From contig CM082596.2 of assembly GCA_040954595.2 (NCBI GenBank), positions 6,956,791 through 7,020,790 of the forward strand: DNA of 64,000 nucleotides. Reading direction: 5' to 3'. This stretch comes from Balanoglossus misakiensis (taxonomy: Eukaryota > Animalia > Hemichordata). Shown in pieces: positions 13,461 through 25,836 of this stretch. The notes under the pieces are model-generated. The model was not told the DNA's origin. It saw only the letters and a list, made by a program, of their open reading frames with translations, and did not search any database. Both the position numbers and the translations under genes were made by a program. Each line of letters opens with the position of its first letter. Within the stretch, counting starts at the first letter, position 1.

Positions 13461-15176
13461 CATTCACTTACTTACCGTGCATTGCGTACATTCACTTACC
13501 GTACATGCATTGCGTACATTCACTTACCGTGCATGCATTGCGTACATTCACTTACCGTACATGCATTGCGTACATTCACTTACCGTGCATGCATTGCGTA
13601 CATTCACTTACCGTACATGCATTGCGTACATTCACTTACCGTGCATGCATTGCGTACATTCACTTACCGTGCATGCATTGCGTACATTCACTTACCGTAC
13701 ATGCATTGCGTACATTCACTTACCGTACATGCATTGCGTACATTCACTTACCGTGCATGCATTGCGTACATTCACTTACCGTGCATGCATTGCGTACATT
13801 CACTTACCGTACATGCATTGCGTACATTCACTTACCGTACATGCATTGCGTACATTCACTTACCGTACATGCATTGCGTACATTCACTTACCGTGCATGC
13901 ATTGCGTACATTCACTTACCGTGCATGCATTGCGTACATTCACTTACCGTACATGCATTGCGTACATTCACTTACTTACCGTGCATTGCGTACATTCACT
14001 TACCGTGCATGCATTGCGTACATTCACTTACCGTACATGCATTGCGTACATTCACTTACTTACCGTGCATTGCGTACATTCACTTACCGTGCATGCATTG
14101 CGTACATTCACTTTCCGTGCATGCATTGCGTACATTCACTTACCGTACATGCATTGCGTACATTCACTTACCGTACATGCATTGCGTACATTCACTTACC
14201 GTGCATGCATTGCGTACATTCACTTACCGTGCATGCATTGCGTACATTCACTTACCGTACATGCATTGCGTACATTCACTTACCGTACATGCATTGCGTA
14301 CATTCACTTACCGTGCATGCATTGCGTACATTCACTTACCGTGCATGCATTGCGTACATTCACTTACCGTGCATGCATTGCGTACATTCACTTACTTACC
14401 GTGCATTGCGTACATTCACTTACCGTGCATGCATTGCGTACATTCATTTACCGTGCATGCATTGCGTACATTCACTTACCGTGCATGCATTGCGTACATT
14501 CACTTACCGTACATGCATTGCGTACATTCACTTACTTACCGTGCATTGCGTACATTCACTTACCGTGCATGCATTGCGTACATTCACTTACCGTGCATGC
14601 ATTGCGTACATTCACTTACTGTGCATGCATTGCGTACATTCACTTACTTACCGTGCATTGCGTACATTCACTTACCGTACATGCATTGCGTACATTCACT
14701 TACCGTGCATGCATTGCGTACATTCACTTACCGTGCATGCATTGCGTACATTCACTTACTTACCGTGCATTGCGTACATTCACTTACCGTGCATGCATTG
14801 CGTACATTCATTTACCGTGCATGCATTGCGTACATTCACTTACCGTACATGCATTGCGTACATTCACTTACCGTGCATGCATTGCGTACATTCACTTACC
14901 GTGCATGCATTGCGTACATTCACTTACCGTGCATGCATTGCGTACATTCACTTACTTACCGTGCATTGCGTACATTCACTTACTTACCGTGCATTGCGTA
15001 CATTCACTTACCGTGCATGCATTGTGTACATTCACTTACCGTGCATGCATTGCGTACATTCACTTACCGTACATGCATTGCGTACATTCACTTACCGTGC
15101 ATGCATTGCGTACATTCACTTACCGTGCATGCATTGCGTACATTCACTTACCGTGCATGCATTGCGTACATTCACT
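13461..15176. repeat. 28-bp minisatellite, ~61 units, present only in duplication copy 1
   Basis: Unit CATTCACTTACCGTRCATGCATTGCGTA with variant CATTCACTTACTTACCGTGCATTGCGTA. Segment ~13345-15358 is absent at the corresponding site (~30830) of copy 2. Confidence 0.97.
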
Positions 15177-18099
15177 AAAGTTGGTTTACTTGCGAAATGA
15201 AATGAAATATCACCAAGCTCGCTTTTATACCATGAGAAACAACACAACATCACTCCAGCTTTTATCAAGACTAATTATACTCAATCCTTATGAAAGTAAA
15301 ATGAATAAAGAAAGTTCGCTTCCAAATGAACATCTTGTGTGTCTGACGTCCTCTGGTCTGAGGTCATCCTAGTCATCAAATAGATCGTCCGCCACTGGGG
15401 GCGCTACGTTTTACTAGTTTTAGCTCTCATGCCCGCACCCCCGGGGCTCAACCCTTGCATGAAGTGAAATATATGGATCTTTTTTGTGTAGTCCTAATAA
15501 CCACTAAATTTCTCATATTTTCCCGGCCACAGTAAAATTTATGTGTTTCATTGTAGCAGTTGCCTTCATTAACTGTTTTTATTTCTGATTGGTTTATTCG
15601 AATGATTACAAGTCTCTGATTGGCTGTTTCCTGCGCATGAACACAGCTTGACTGCTGGCTCCTTATTGGTATACATATTAATTTATGCAAATCTGCAGTA
15701 TTTCCTATTGGCCAGTCTGCCAAAACAAAATTTGTTTATCAAATGATTATGAATAATGAGGTGGTGGTTGCAGTCACGTTTTTCCACGAGGTCCGTCGTT
15801 TTTCATGATGTCCACATTTGCTCTTACTTTCCCAGTCAAAAAAACTAAATTTTACCTTCCCATTTTCCAAATTTAGATGTACTGTTGGCTGAAGCTGTCA
15901 CAATTTGAGGTAAGTCATGACTTTTTCCCCCTCTGTGAACAAAACCATGTCTGTAAGGCCAGCAAAGTTGTCCAGAAACGGTTTTGTAAGTATGGCTTCC
16001 ATAGCATGGAGAATGCAGTGTTCTTTGTGGTTCGTTTTGTGCCAATGGCCGCTCACGCTTTGTTCAAATTTACTCCACTGGAAAATATCAAGTTCAAAAG
16101 TTGCCTGTTTATGTATCTCTTAATTCATAAATGCAACTTGTGCCTCGCTTGTGCCCGTTTAATAGCGTAGAAACTTGCGTAGATTTTTGTTTGTGAACTC
16201 GAAATTAAAAATCGTTCGCGTAGGAGAAAGTGTTCAATTTTTGTCCGTTTTGTGCCAATGGCGGCACACGCTTTGTTCCACTGGAAAATAAGTTCAAAAC
16301 TTGCCTGTTTATTTATTTCTAAATTCATAAATGCAACTAGTGCTTCGGAGTCTGGTTTCCGTTAGAGTACTTCACGCATGTTTCTGTCTCTGAACTCGAA
16401 ATTAAAATCGTGTAAGTATCGTTAAAATGTTCACGACGCACGTGGGCTGGACAAATGTTTCTCCCGTCTACAAAAATTCTTCTCTGCCAATCATTTCAAC
16501 GCGTTTCACATGTTCACTTTCACGCACGTTTATTTTCTTCACACGGGTCATTTCGAGTCGCTTTTTCACGTGATATTTGGCCCTTTTCTGTTGATATTGT
16601 TGAACGCAAATATGTCGTCAAAAGACGCTTGATTCTCCATTGAAGCCAACAAAAACCTCGTCAGCACGCGTTAACGGTGATGTTGCTGACACGGACTCGG
16701 GTGCTAATGAGCATGCAAGAAATGGGGGTCCCCACACCCGTTTGCCTGTAAAACCACAGTTTGTTCATACTGGTAAGCTTAGGTAGTTCAAATTTGACAA
16801 CTGCACATCCAATCGATGGAGGGCGCTGTTTAATGTTCAAATGCCCTCGGCGACCTACCTTAACACGACCTTTTGTTTTTATTATGCGGTCTCTGCACGC
16901 AACAATTTTAGTCTATACGCAAATTTTCCACAGCTTATGTGTACAGTGTACGCAACCAGAAAAATAACTGCAAGTTGTGAGAATTTCATTTCTGTCATTT
17001 TTGGTGTATTTGTCTTCATGAACCTCTTTTTTTTTTTTTTACAGCACTTTACAAAGTCCAACTGACCGTGTGGTCTCAAGTTCAATGGAGCAGTTGAAGG
17101 TACGTCACTTATTACTCTCATTTAAGATTCAGTCAGTCAGATGCATTGATGGCAGACAATCGTGTTCACGTTGACTCGTTAGATAATATTTTACTATGTT
17201 CGTTGGGGGCAGTTGTCCATATTATTCAGTGCCACATCAAAAAAGTTGCACAGGACAAGCCCTTTCAAGCAATTGGCCATTGACTCGTCGGCTCCAAGTA
17301 CGCAGATGACTTCAAGAAATCTATAATTGTCTTGCCATAAGAGTAGCTAGTGCTGGTTAGTCCGACTCAGTTTATCAGTTCATCCAAACCCGGGATCCAA
17401 GCACAGGGAGCTCATCCTCCTTATTCGTGGTGCGTGTGTGTGTGTATGTTATTGATTAATAAAATAAAGAGAATGTTTGCTTGTTTGTTTGTTACCTGGT
17501 TAGGGTTAGGGTCAGGGTCACTTTGCCCCACAGCATCACTCCCTATATGTACATATTTATAAATTTGTATCAGGAATTTTTAGCTCCATCTGTGGCTGTT
17601 GCGAGGTTGTCTGGATAACCATATGAAGTAACAGTCTTGGTGCATGGTCTTTTATTGGACCATCCCCAGAGGTCAGTGTACTGATCTCTGTGGCTGTTGC
17701 GAGGTGTTGTCTGGATAGCCAAATGAAGTAACAGTGGTCTTATATTGGACCAAACCCAGATGTGTAAAGTAGTTGTACTCTGCTAAACTGATAGTGTTTA
17801 AACATGTAGTAATATTCATGCAGGCTCCCTGAAGATATTAGATATTTTGCGTATGACAAATTATCATAACATTGCTGAAATCTATACCTGTTGCAAATTT
17901 AATCAAGTCAGGAATTTCAGTTATATTTCTAAATAAATATCTAATAAAATGCAAATTCCATCAAATGAAACCTCAGATTTGTACTCCTAAATAAATATCT
18001 ATTAAAATGCAAGTTTCATTAAATTAAGTGGTTAGTCTAGAGTTTAACACACATTTAAAATGCAAATTGTAGTGATTGACAATACTAGAAAATAACTCG

Positions 18100-18480
18100 A
18101 GCAAGTCCCATAAATTTAGAAAGTAAACAGGGTGCTCACTGTCTTTTTTTTATTGATATAATTTTTCTCAGAGTTTACACAAATTTGGCGGCCATTTCAA
18201 ATTTGAGACTAGTCATTTTAAAGATTGTCAGGATCACCATAAAGAGAGAGCTGCCAACTCTTAAATGTGGCAAGTTTTCTTTATTCACATAATATGAGCT
18301 AGCAAGTCCCATAAAATTAGAAAGAAAAAGGGGTGTTCATTGAGTTCAAACAAATTTGGCGGCCATTTTGAATTTCAAATTTGAGACTAGTCATCTTAAA
18401 GATTGTCAGGATCACCACAAAGACAGATAGCAGACAACTCTTAATTATTGCTAGTTTTCTTTATTCACATAATATAAGAC
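18100..18480. repeat. ~200-bp tandem unit, 2 copies (3 copies at 33639-34215)
   Basis: GCAAGTCCCATAAA...TTTGGCGGCCATTT...GATTGTCAGGATCACC recurs at 18101 and 18302, and at 33639, 33847 and 34037. Confidence 0.8.
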
Positions 18481-19003
18481 TGGTTTCTGACAATTCATAC
18501 ATGTTAATTACATGAAAAATAAAGACAAAAATCTAAGACTAAAAACTCTGATGACGAACAAAATTGTATTTAAATTCCAGTTGATTTAGGATTCGCACAG
18601 GACGGTCCAGTCTGAATTCTCAAAGTAGATTGATCACATTTCAAATCGGCCTCTTGGCAATCTTGCACCAAACTGGGGATGAAAAAAATAGTTGATTAAA
18701 TATACAAAATATAAATAGCCATTTGCTAAATAGTGTAGTTGTATAACTTAACATATGTTTTAACTCTGCATTAAATTGTCATTGAGTTCAGTTTAATTAA
18801 TATCTTAGTGTTGAATGCTAATTTGATTAAAATACAATGTGAGCACGAGATTTAAAATTTAGAAATATTGTATGCTTGATAGATTCCAAAACTGCATTAA
18901 ATCTTAATTGATGTGTACAACCTCCCTGCACCTAAGGACGAAAATAAAATAACTTAACATTAAAATTAATATGAGGGATAACTGAGCAATGTAATTGTGT
19001 GTG

Positions 19004-19168
19004 TCTTACTGCGGTTGAGCAAAGTTCTATTTTTTTTTTTACAAGTGCATTACGGGCATCCTAATCTATGCAAGATCTTTTGCATCTGAAAAGATCTTGC
19101 ATAGATTATGATGCCCATAATGCACTTGTAAAAAAAAAAAAATTTAATTTCGCTCAACCGAAGTAAGA
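19004..19168. mobile_element. 165-bp fold-back (MITE-like) element, copy 1
   Basis: TCTTACTGCGGTTGAGC..T-run..TACAAGTGCATT..TGCAAGATCTTTT, 7-nt loop, then near-perfect reverse complement ending GCTCAACCGAAGTAAGA. No clear TSD. Confidence 0.65.
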
Positions 19169-19582
19169 GTTGTGCTAGAGATTTATTAGTCCTTGCTGTA
19201 CACTCATGGGGAGGTTAGGGTGGCATATAAAAAGCCAAAAAAAAAAAACTAAGTCAGAAACGCTAAAAATTTGAAATTTGTCTATACCTCCACGTTGGGG
19301 CATATACAAGTTTCAAAAATTTTCTAAGTTTTCTTTGACTTAGAAAATTTTTGAAACTTGTGTATGCCCCCTACATAACTTGCATTTTCTAACACTTACC
19401 TTGTCTTTTCAGATCCCGGCTGGACTCCACTTCTTTCGATTGGTCATCAACCATTCAACAGATAGACCTGAAACGACAAGTGAATACGAATTAAATTTCA
19501 ATATGAAATATGAAATATGAAAATGAAATAAAATACAATAAATTTCAATCCTTGGTGTCTGCTTTTTTGTAAAAAAAAAAAA

Positions 19583-20430
19583 CACTTACAAAATTTTTCA
19601 GGCTTTACTCTATACTTATTAAAAACACTTAGAAATTTTTCAGGCTTTACTCTATGCTTTCACATTAGGAAAAAAACTTAGACAATTTTTCAGGCTTTAC
19701 TCTATACTTTCACATTAAAAAAAACACTTAAACATTTTTCAGGCTTTACTCTATACTTATTAAAAACACTTAGAAATTTTTCAGGCTTTACTCTATGCTT
19801 TCACATTAAAAAACACTTAGAAAATTTTTCAGGCTTTACTCTATACTTTCACATTAAGAAAAACACTTAGAAATTTTTCAGGCTTTACTCTATGCTTTCA
19901 CATTAAAAACACTTAGAAATTTTTCAGGCTTTACTCTATACTTATTAAAAACACTTAGAAATTTTTCAGGCTTTACTCTATGCTTTCACATTAAAAAACA
20001 CTTAGAAAATTTTTCAGGCTTTACTCTATACTTATTAAAAACACTTAGAAATTTTTCAGGCTTTACTCTATACTTTCACATTAAGAAAAACACTTAGAAA
20101 TTTTTCAGGCTTTACTCTATGCTTTCACATTAAGAAAAACACTTAGAAATTTTTCAGGCTTTACTCTATGCTTTCACATTAAGAAAAAAACTTAGAAATT
20201 TTTCAGGCTTTACTCTGTGCTTTCACATTAAAAACACTTAGAAATTTTTCAGGCTTTACTCTATGCTTTCACATTAGGAAAAAAACTTAGACAATTTTTC
20301 AGGCTTTACTCTATACTTTCACATTAAGAAAAAAACTTAGAAATTTTTCAGGCTTTACTCTATGCTTTCACATTAAGAAAAACACTTAGAAATTTTTCAG
20401 GCTTTACTCCATACTTTCACATTAAGGAAA
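19583..20430. repeat. 41-48-bp AT-rich minisatellite, copy 1
   Basis: Unit AAAAACACTTAGAAATTTTTCAGGCTTTACTCTAT(GCTTTCAC/ACTT)ATT. Confidence 0.92.
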
Positions 20431-21260
20431 AACAGGCTGTACTCTACAATTTTGTATTAGAAAAACTTTACTCGATACTTTGAGATTAGGAAAAAACTTA
20501 GAGTGTCCAATTGAGATTGTTTTGATCTTACCTTAAGCAGTACTCTTGGATTTTTCAAACCATCATCTGAGAATTGAATTGATTTCACCTTGACTTTAAT
20601 GCGACTCACTGCAATGCAAAGAACAAAATCAGGGTAAGTTTAACAACAATATTAATTACACAAAAAGACTGATAACAGTCAAGAATTTGACAATTTTCAT
20701 GAGCTATAACCCATGAAAAACGTCTGAAAATGACAAAATCACCAAAGTTTGCAAAGTCAAGCCGATGCCAGTTGTGTTAACGATAGTGAGATAAAGGAAG
20801 TGTGTGTGTGTGCGTGTGTCAAATTGAGATTGATTCGGTCTTACCTTAAGCAGTACTCTTGGATTCTTCAAACCATCGTCTAAGCATTGAGAAGATTTCA
20901 CCTTGACTTTAACTCACTGCAATGCAAAGAACATTGATTTTAAAATGCAGGTTTATTTGTTTTAATAGTTACATTTCATAAACCATAAATAGTGAAGAAA
21001 TAAGAGATTTTTCTTCAGTCTTTTGTACCTTCTTTGTCTAAATTGGTGAAATGAACACAAAAATAGCACATGTGGCTGTCAAGTCTAATATTACATATCA
21101 TACAGAACCTAAAAATCTTTATAATTATAGTGCGAGAGCAGATGTATGATTTTGTGACTTCATCTTTTGCTTCAACAGAACCAGTCAAATGTATGGAGTG
21201 TTCTGAACTTTTTCCAATCATTTAATAAAAATAAAATGGGTTAAAGCTGACTTCTCAGTA

Positions 21261-24200
21261 CTATCTCTTGGTGAATTTTTTGTCCAGGGCTGCCGGCGTC
21301 CTCTGAAGGGAGTTTATTTTGCTCTTGATTCTGTGTTCCACGGATACTGAAGCTGGCAGTTTGAGGGGTCTGGGAAGCAAAGAAGAACAATATTAGTTAA
21401 GAACAACACTGAAAAACGTAGCATCAGGGGCAGGCTAAGTTTGGTATTGAGAATGCTATTTGGACAAAATCTTGTCAAGTCCAGCATGCACCCCATACTT
21501 GTACAGAGGTGATATGTGCAACTGCATATTCACTGTTGACTTGCAGTCGGACCTGTAAATTTCAGGATTCAGAGAAAAATTCACAGTCCCATCATTCAAG
21601 TGGACTTACTGTAAGAATTCAGCATCTTTAGATTTCTTCTTCTCAAGTTCCTTTTCTTTCTCCTCTTCACTCTGTCACGAGAGAAAATACAGTGTTTGAG
21701 GACATGGTGTGAATAGAACACCACAGAGAGATCACTAGAAATGCACATGGACTTGGTGTTTAATCATTACCTTAAACTGCTGTACCCTGTGCTTTCGCTG
21801 TTCGTCTCTCCATTTGGCATTGTCCATCATTTCTCTTCTCCTTCTCTCCATCTCCTCCGGGTCGGCCTTCCTGCAGTGCACAAATAAACAGCAAAACATT
21901 AATGTCATCACTGAAACACAACAGAAAGCATTTGTTGAGCCCTGCTTAAGGACGTGGATTGGCCCACGGCAAAAAAAACAACACACAGCAAAAATGTCAA
22001 ATTTATCCAAGTTATCATTGTAAATTTAGATTATGCTAGATTCTGTATACTACAGACACCATAGGGACTGACAAGCAGATTGTTCAGTTTACAGAGGTGT
22101 TCGGTTTACAGAGGTCAGGTTCTTTTAACATGTGGTTCTATGTGAAAGGGACTGGAAAAGGTGTTTGGTATATAGACAAGACATGTTTTACTGTACATCT
22201 GAAAGTTGAAGGAAGACGTCCAGTATGCTTACTTTTTCGTCTGCTGCAGTCGACGTTGCGGTGACCTGCTTCTGGACCTTCTCTGATGCCTCTGCACTGG
22301 AGATCTTGATCTGCTGCGATGTCTCTGGGGTGAGCGCGGTCTTCTGCTGGGAGACGGTGAGCGGCCCCTGCCCCTCCCTCTGACTGGCGAGCGACTCCGT
22401 GACCTCCGACTGTGCCTGTCTCGCCGGCGGTCTTCCCTGTCGCCGTGATCGTCGGAGACTCTCTCGCCATTTCTGTCACCGTACCTGTCACTGTGTTTGC
22501 TGCCGTTTCGGTCGCTGTGTCCATCAGTCAACCTGTCGCCGTATTTGTCGCTGTGCCTGTCTGTGGATCTGTCGTGGTATCTGTCATCTCTGTCCTGCCC
22601 TGATGACCGTCTCTGCCTCGTGCTGTCTCTGTCACTATGTCTGCTCCTATGTCTGTCACCATGAGAATCACTCCTTTTACTATAGTCAGTGTCTTGTCTC
22701 TCTTCACCTCTCCCCCTACTGTGTCTCTCGTCCCTTCCACTTGGTGACCTCTCTCTTTCTCTGTGTCTGTCTTTGGTCTGAAAAAAAAATATATTTGAAC
22801 TGTCTTATACATGTAACAAAGACGTTGCATATCCCACAGATTATTTTTTCAATGTGAATTATAAAACACTGACACATATGCTAAGAAAATATAGGCAAGT
22901 ATGAAAGCATCACTAACGAATAATAACACAGACTGAAAAGACTGCTTGTAGAATGCTGGCATGTAGGCTACATTTTAGCGTGTCTGTACACTGTAATCAT
23001 CCAATGTACTTACAATAAGACCATATCCATCTGGTCGACGGACTTTGTCAGGTGAATGCTTCTCATCAGACGAAGAACTTCTTCGCTTTTTATGACCGTG
23101 CCTTCTATCGTAATGGTCTTCATCATCACTGCTGTCTTGGTGGGACCTTTTGTGTTTCTTGTCTTTTTTCTTCTTCTTTTTCTTGTCTTTCTTTCCAAGA
23201 TTTTTCCTCAGCTGACAGAACAAGAAAGACATATTGTATTAGGCTTATTTCCATCTTTCCTAGATGGTTAAGAGCGAGAGAGATTATGGATCTGATCCAT
23301 GGATTTACGGATTTTTTCTACGTGAACAACATTGTTCACAAGAGACATACATAGAACAAAGCTGACTGACAAATGTTGTGTACATGCTGAGGAATTTGAC
23401 ACAATTAGCTCACCATTTCTTGTAACTGTTTCATTTTAACCGGGTTGTTCAGCAGATCCTTCTTGCTTTGCTCCTCACGTTTCCTGAAAGGCAGCGATTG
23501 AATAGTCAGTTATGTAAAAAATACAATAAAAAATATTTTCAATTGATTAAACTTGAATCCTTGGCACAAACAACACCCTGTGCCGAAAAGACATGGCCAG
23601 CAGTTGGCTGTAATGGATTACTAACTACAAAGCTATCCGACTCGTGTTATACAACTGCACAGATGTTGTGAAGTGACTTGTGTTGGTACAAACGTGATTC
23701 TTGACTTACTTGATCGCAAAGAGGGGATCTTCGCGGACCTTTGTTGCCATGTCAACGGCCATACTGACCGCAGAACCTTCAAAGAGCGCCCCCACGCTGG
23801 CGGATTTATCCTCCTCCTCCCCGTTTTCGGTCTTGCCGCTGTTGACGTCCAAGATGGCCTTGTCGACGGGTTTGCCCAGAAGGTAGTCTTCCCGGTTGAC
23901 CATGCCTCCCAGACCCGAATACATCCAGTCCAGCTTGTCTTTCTTTTTGCTGTAGACAGAGAGAGGACAGAGTTCCTGTTAGTACAGACATCAACTTACT
24001 GCATTCAGACCTTCCACTGTGCTAAGGTTTACATGTACGTCTGTAGTGTAATACATGTAAACTTTCGCACCGTGAATAAAAATGATATATGAATGTTTTC
24101 AAAGGATGTAACTAAAGTACAGAACAATTTCCTGTCTGTCCAGCTGTACTAGAGCTCTGCAGAACTATGAAACCATATGCTGGCCAGTTCTTGCCATCAC

Positions 24201-25110
24201 AGTTGTCTGAGCTAGTCACATGATCTGGTGTTGCTGGGGCACCAGTGATGGATAAACAGTTTTTTTCAACAGCCGTCACCCCCACCACTTTGGTAGTGGT
24301 ATGATCCTTTTGTTTTCAATTGTAGAGTTGGACTCATGTATGAGTAAATAGGGGTGACAGGGTGTATTTCTACTCGAATGCCTCACCCGACTGCTCCACT
24401 GTCCTCTGCATATCTTTGAATCTCTTCCCTGGCCCGCTCCTCGGCCAGTTCCTTCTGGAGTTCCTCGATTTTCTTCTGTTCTGCAGCATGGTTCTCTTCC
24501 TTCTTCCACACCCGCTCTATGTTGCGCATAGTCTGCGGGTGCCAGCTCTTTTTCATGTTCTGTGTACACAAAAACATGGGAGAATGACATGAATTAGTGA
24601 TGGAAATTTGTCAACCAATGTTGGCTGGATATTTTAGTACTTATTGGTACATTATTATTTTGCCAGTGTTCATGGGGACCCAACTGAGAGAAAACCATGA
24701 TACATACTACTGGTGAGTCACTTATTTAGAAAACAGCATTAATGAAGTAAAATATGTACATCACAACTTTAATTACAGTGTACATTGTACATATAGGAAC
24801 ATTTATACAAAGTTGTACAATGCTGATCAAAACAAGTTTCTGGTCATGATGAAGAGTTGATCCAATGTGTTTAATAACCAAATTTCGAGGTAAATTCGTT
24901 TTATTCTTCAATTTTGGGGTATGATTTCACACAATAGGGGTAAAATCACTCCTTGTGATGCGTCCGATCTTAAGCTTTATCGTGGAGGAGTTGCAAATTG
25001 CATTGCATTGTGACTCAGTACTTCCGCGTTGTCAATGATCATACATACATCGCAATTTTGCGACTAAGACAAGCTGTAAAAACAATACATACCAGATCTC
25101 CTCCTCCCAT
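21261..25110 (-). CDS. CWC25: Pre-mRNA splicing factor CWC25, copy 2, intact
   Basis: Exons 25110-25093, 24559-24387, 23949-23710, 23483-23414, 23211-23014, 22777-22233, 21870-21771, 21671-21610 and 21369-21261. Same lengths and phases as copy 1; a few amino acid substitutions in the K-rich and RD/RS-rich exons. Confidence 0.93.
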
Positions 25111-25836
25111 GGTGGCTGGATGTTTCCGTTCAAGCGATAAATATAAATTACGAGGATAGTGTGTATGTGATGGGAGGCACTAGTGTATGTTTCCCGACAA
25201 ACGTCAATGAAACAAACACAAGTCGTGTGGTTCGAAATCGACTCGTCAACAACGGTCGTTCCCTGTGGCTAAAGCGGTACTTTTACGGACAATCTGTTAG
25301 TCCAGACTTGTCTTCATGGGAAGAATGAAAACCACGACTGTTTCGTCCTTCCAGTTGTTGCCTGGGAATCCCCTCCGCTTCCGTAAACGATCGACGAAAA
25401 CACAACAACGACGACGCAGTACGGACGACGATAGGGTACACTCAAGTTAGTGACGTTTTACACTGTGTCAAGGGTCAAAGGTTACAGGAGAAACCATTGC
25501 AAACAGGTGGCGATTTACTTTGAATATCGCCATAAAACAATATTTTTTTCAGTTCGGATGCTTAAATATAAATAAACGTGAAATTATTTAGATTTGAGTC
25601 GCTCGTGAACCTTGGTATGATATGTTTGTTGGTGTTATTGCTGCTTGTTGCTATTTGTAAAATTTGACCACGTGACTGAGCGAAGCCCCTAGCTGCTGAG
25701 TGATTGGACACTCAGCAATATTCTGAGGTCAAGTAAATGAACAAACTGCGCTTGAAAAGCACACAGCATATTGAGGGACGTGAATTATAAGTGGCGAGGC
25801 GTATAGAGAGCAGTATCCTTGGAGACTTATTTCGAA
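25111..25836. promoter_or_regulatory. Probable bidirectional promoter/5'UTRs of CWC25 and DAP (copy 2)
   Basis: Homologous to 7903-8643; E-box and CCAAT retained. Confidence 0.55.

Larger units (their letters stand above)
3695..20933 (+). repeat. Tandem segmental duplication, copy 1 (~17.2 kb)
   Basis: Sequence from 3695 (ATTGATTTTAAAATGCAGG) recurs at 20933 (offset 17238). The copy ends AATGCAAAGAACA at 20933, matching 36546. Confidence 0.95.

Noticed and set aside
13461-15176. CRISPR-like array
   Set aside because: Units abut with no unique spacers, there are no cas genes, and the context is eukaryotic.
13414-15372. Three overlapping 584-652 aa His/Cys-rich ORFs
   Set aside because: Artefact of a stop-free 28-bp unit cycling through all three frames; absent from the duplicate copy.
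15388-15406. CTCF-like motif CCGCCACTGGGGGCGCTA
   Set aside because: One base short of the core spacing and lacks the AG; cannot be supported from sequence alone.
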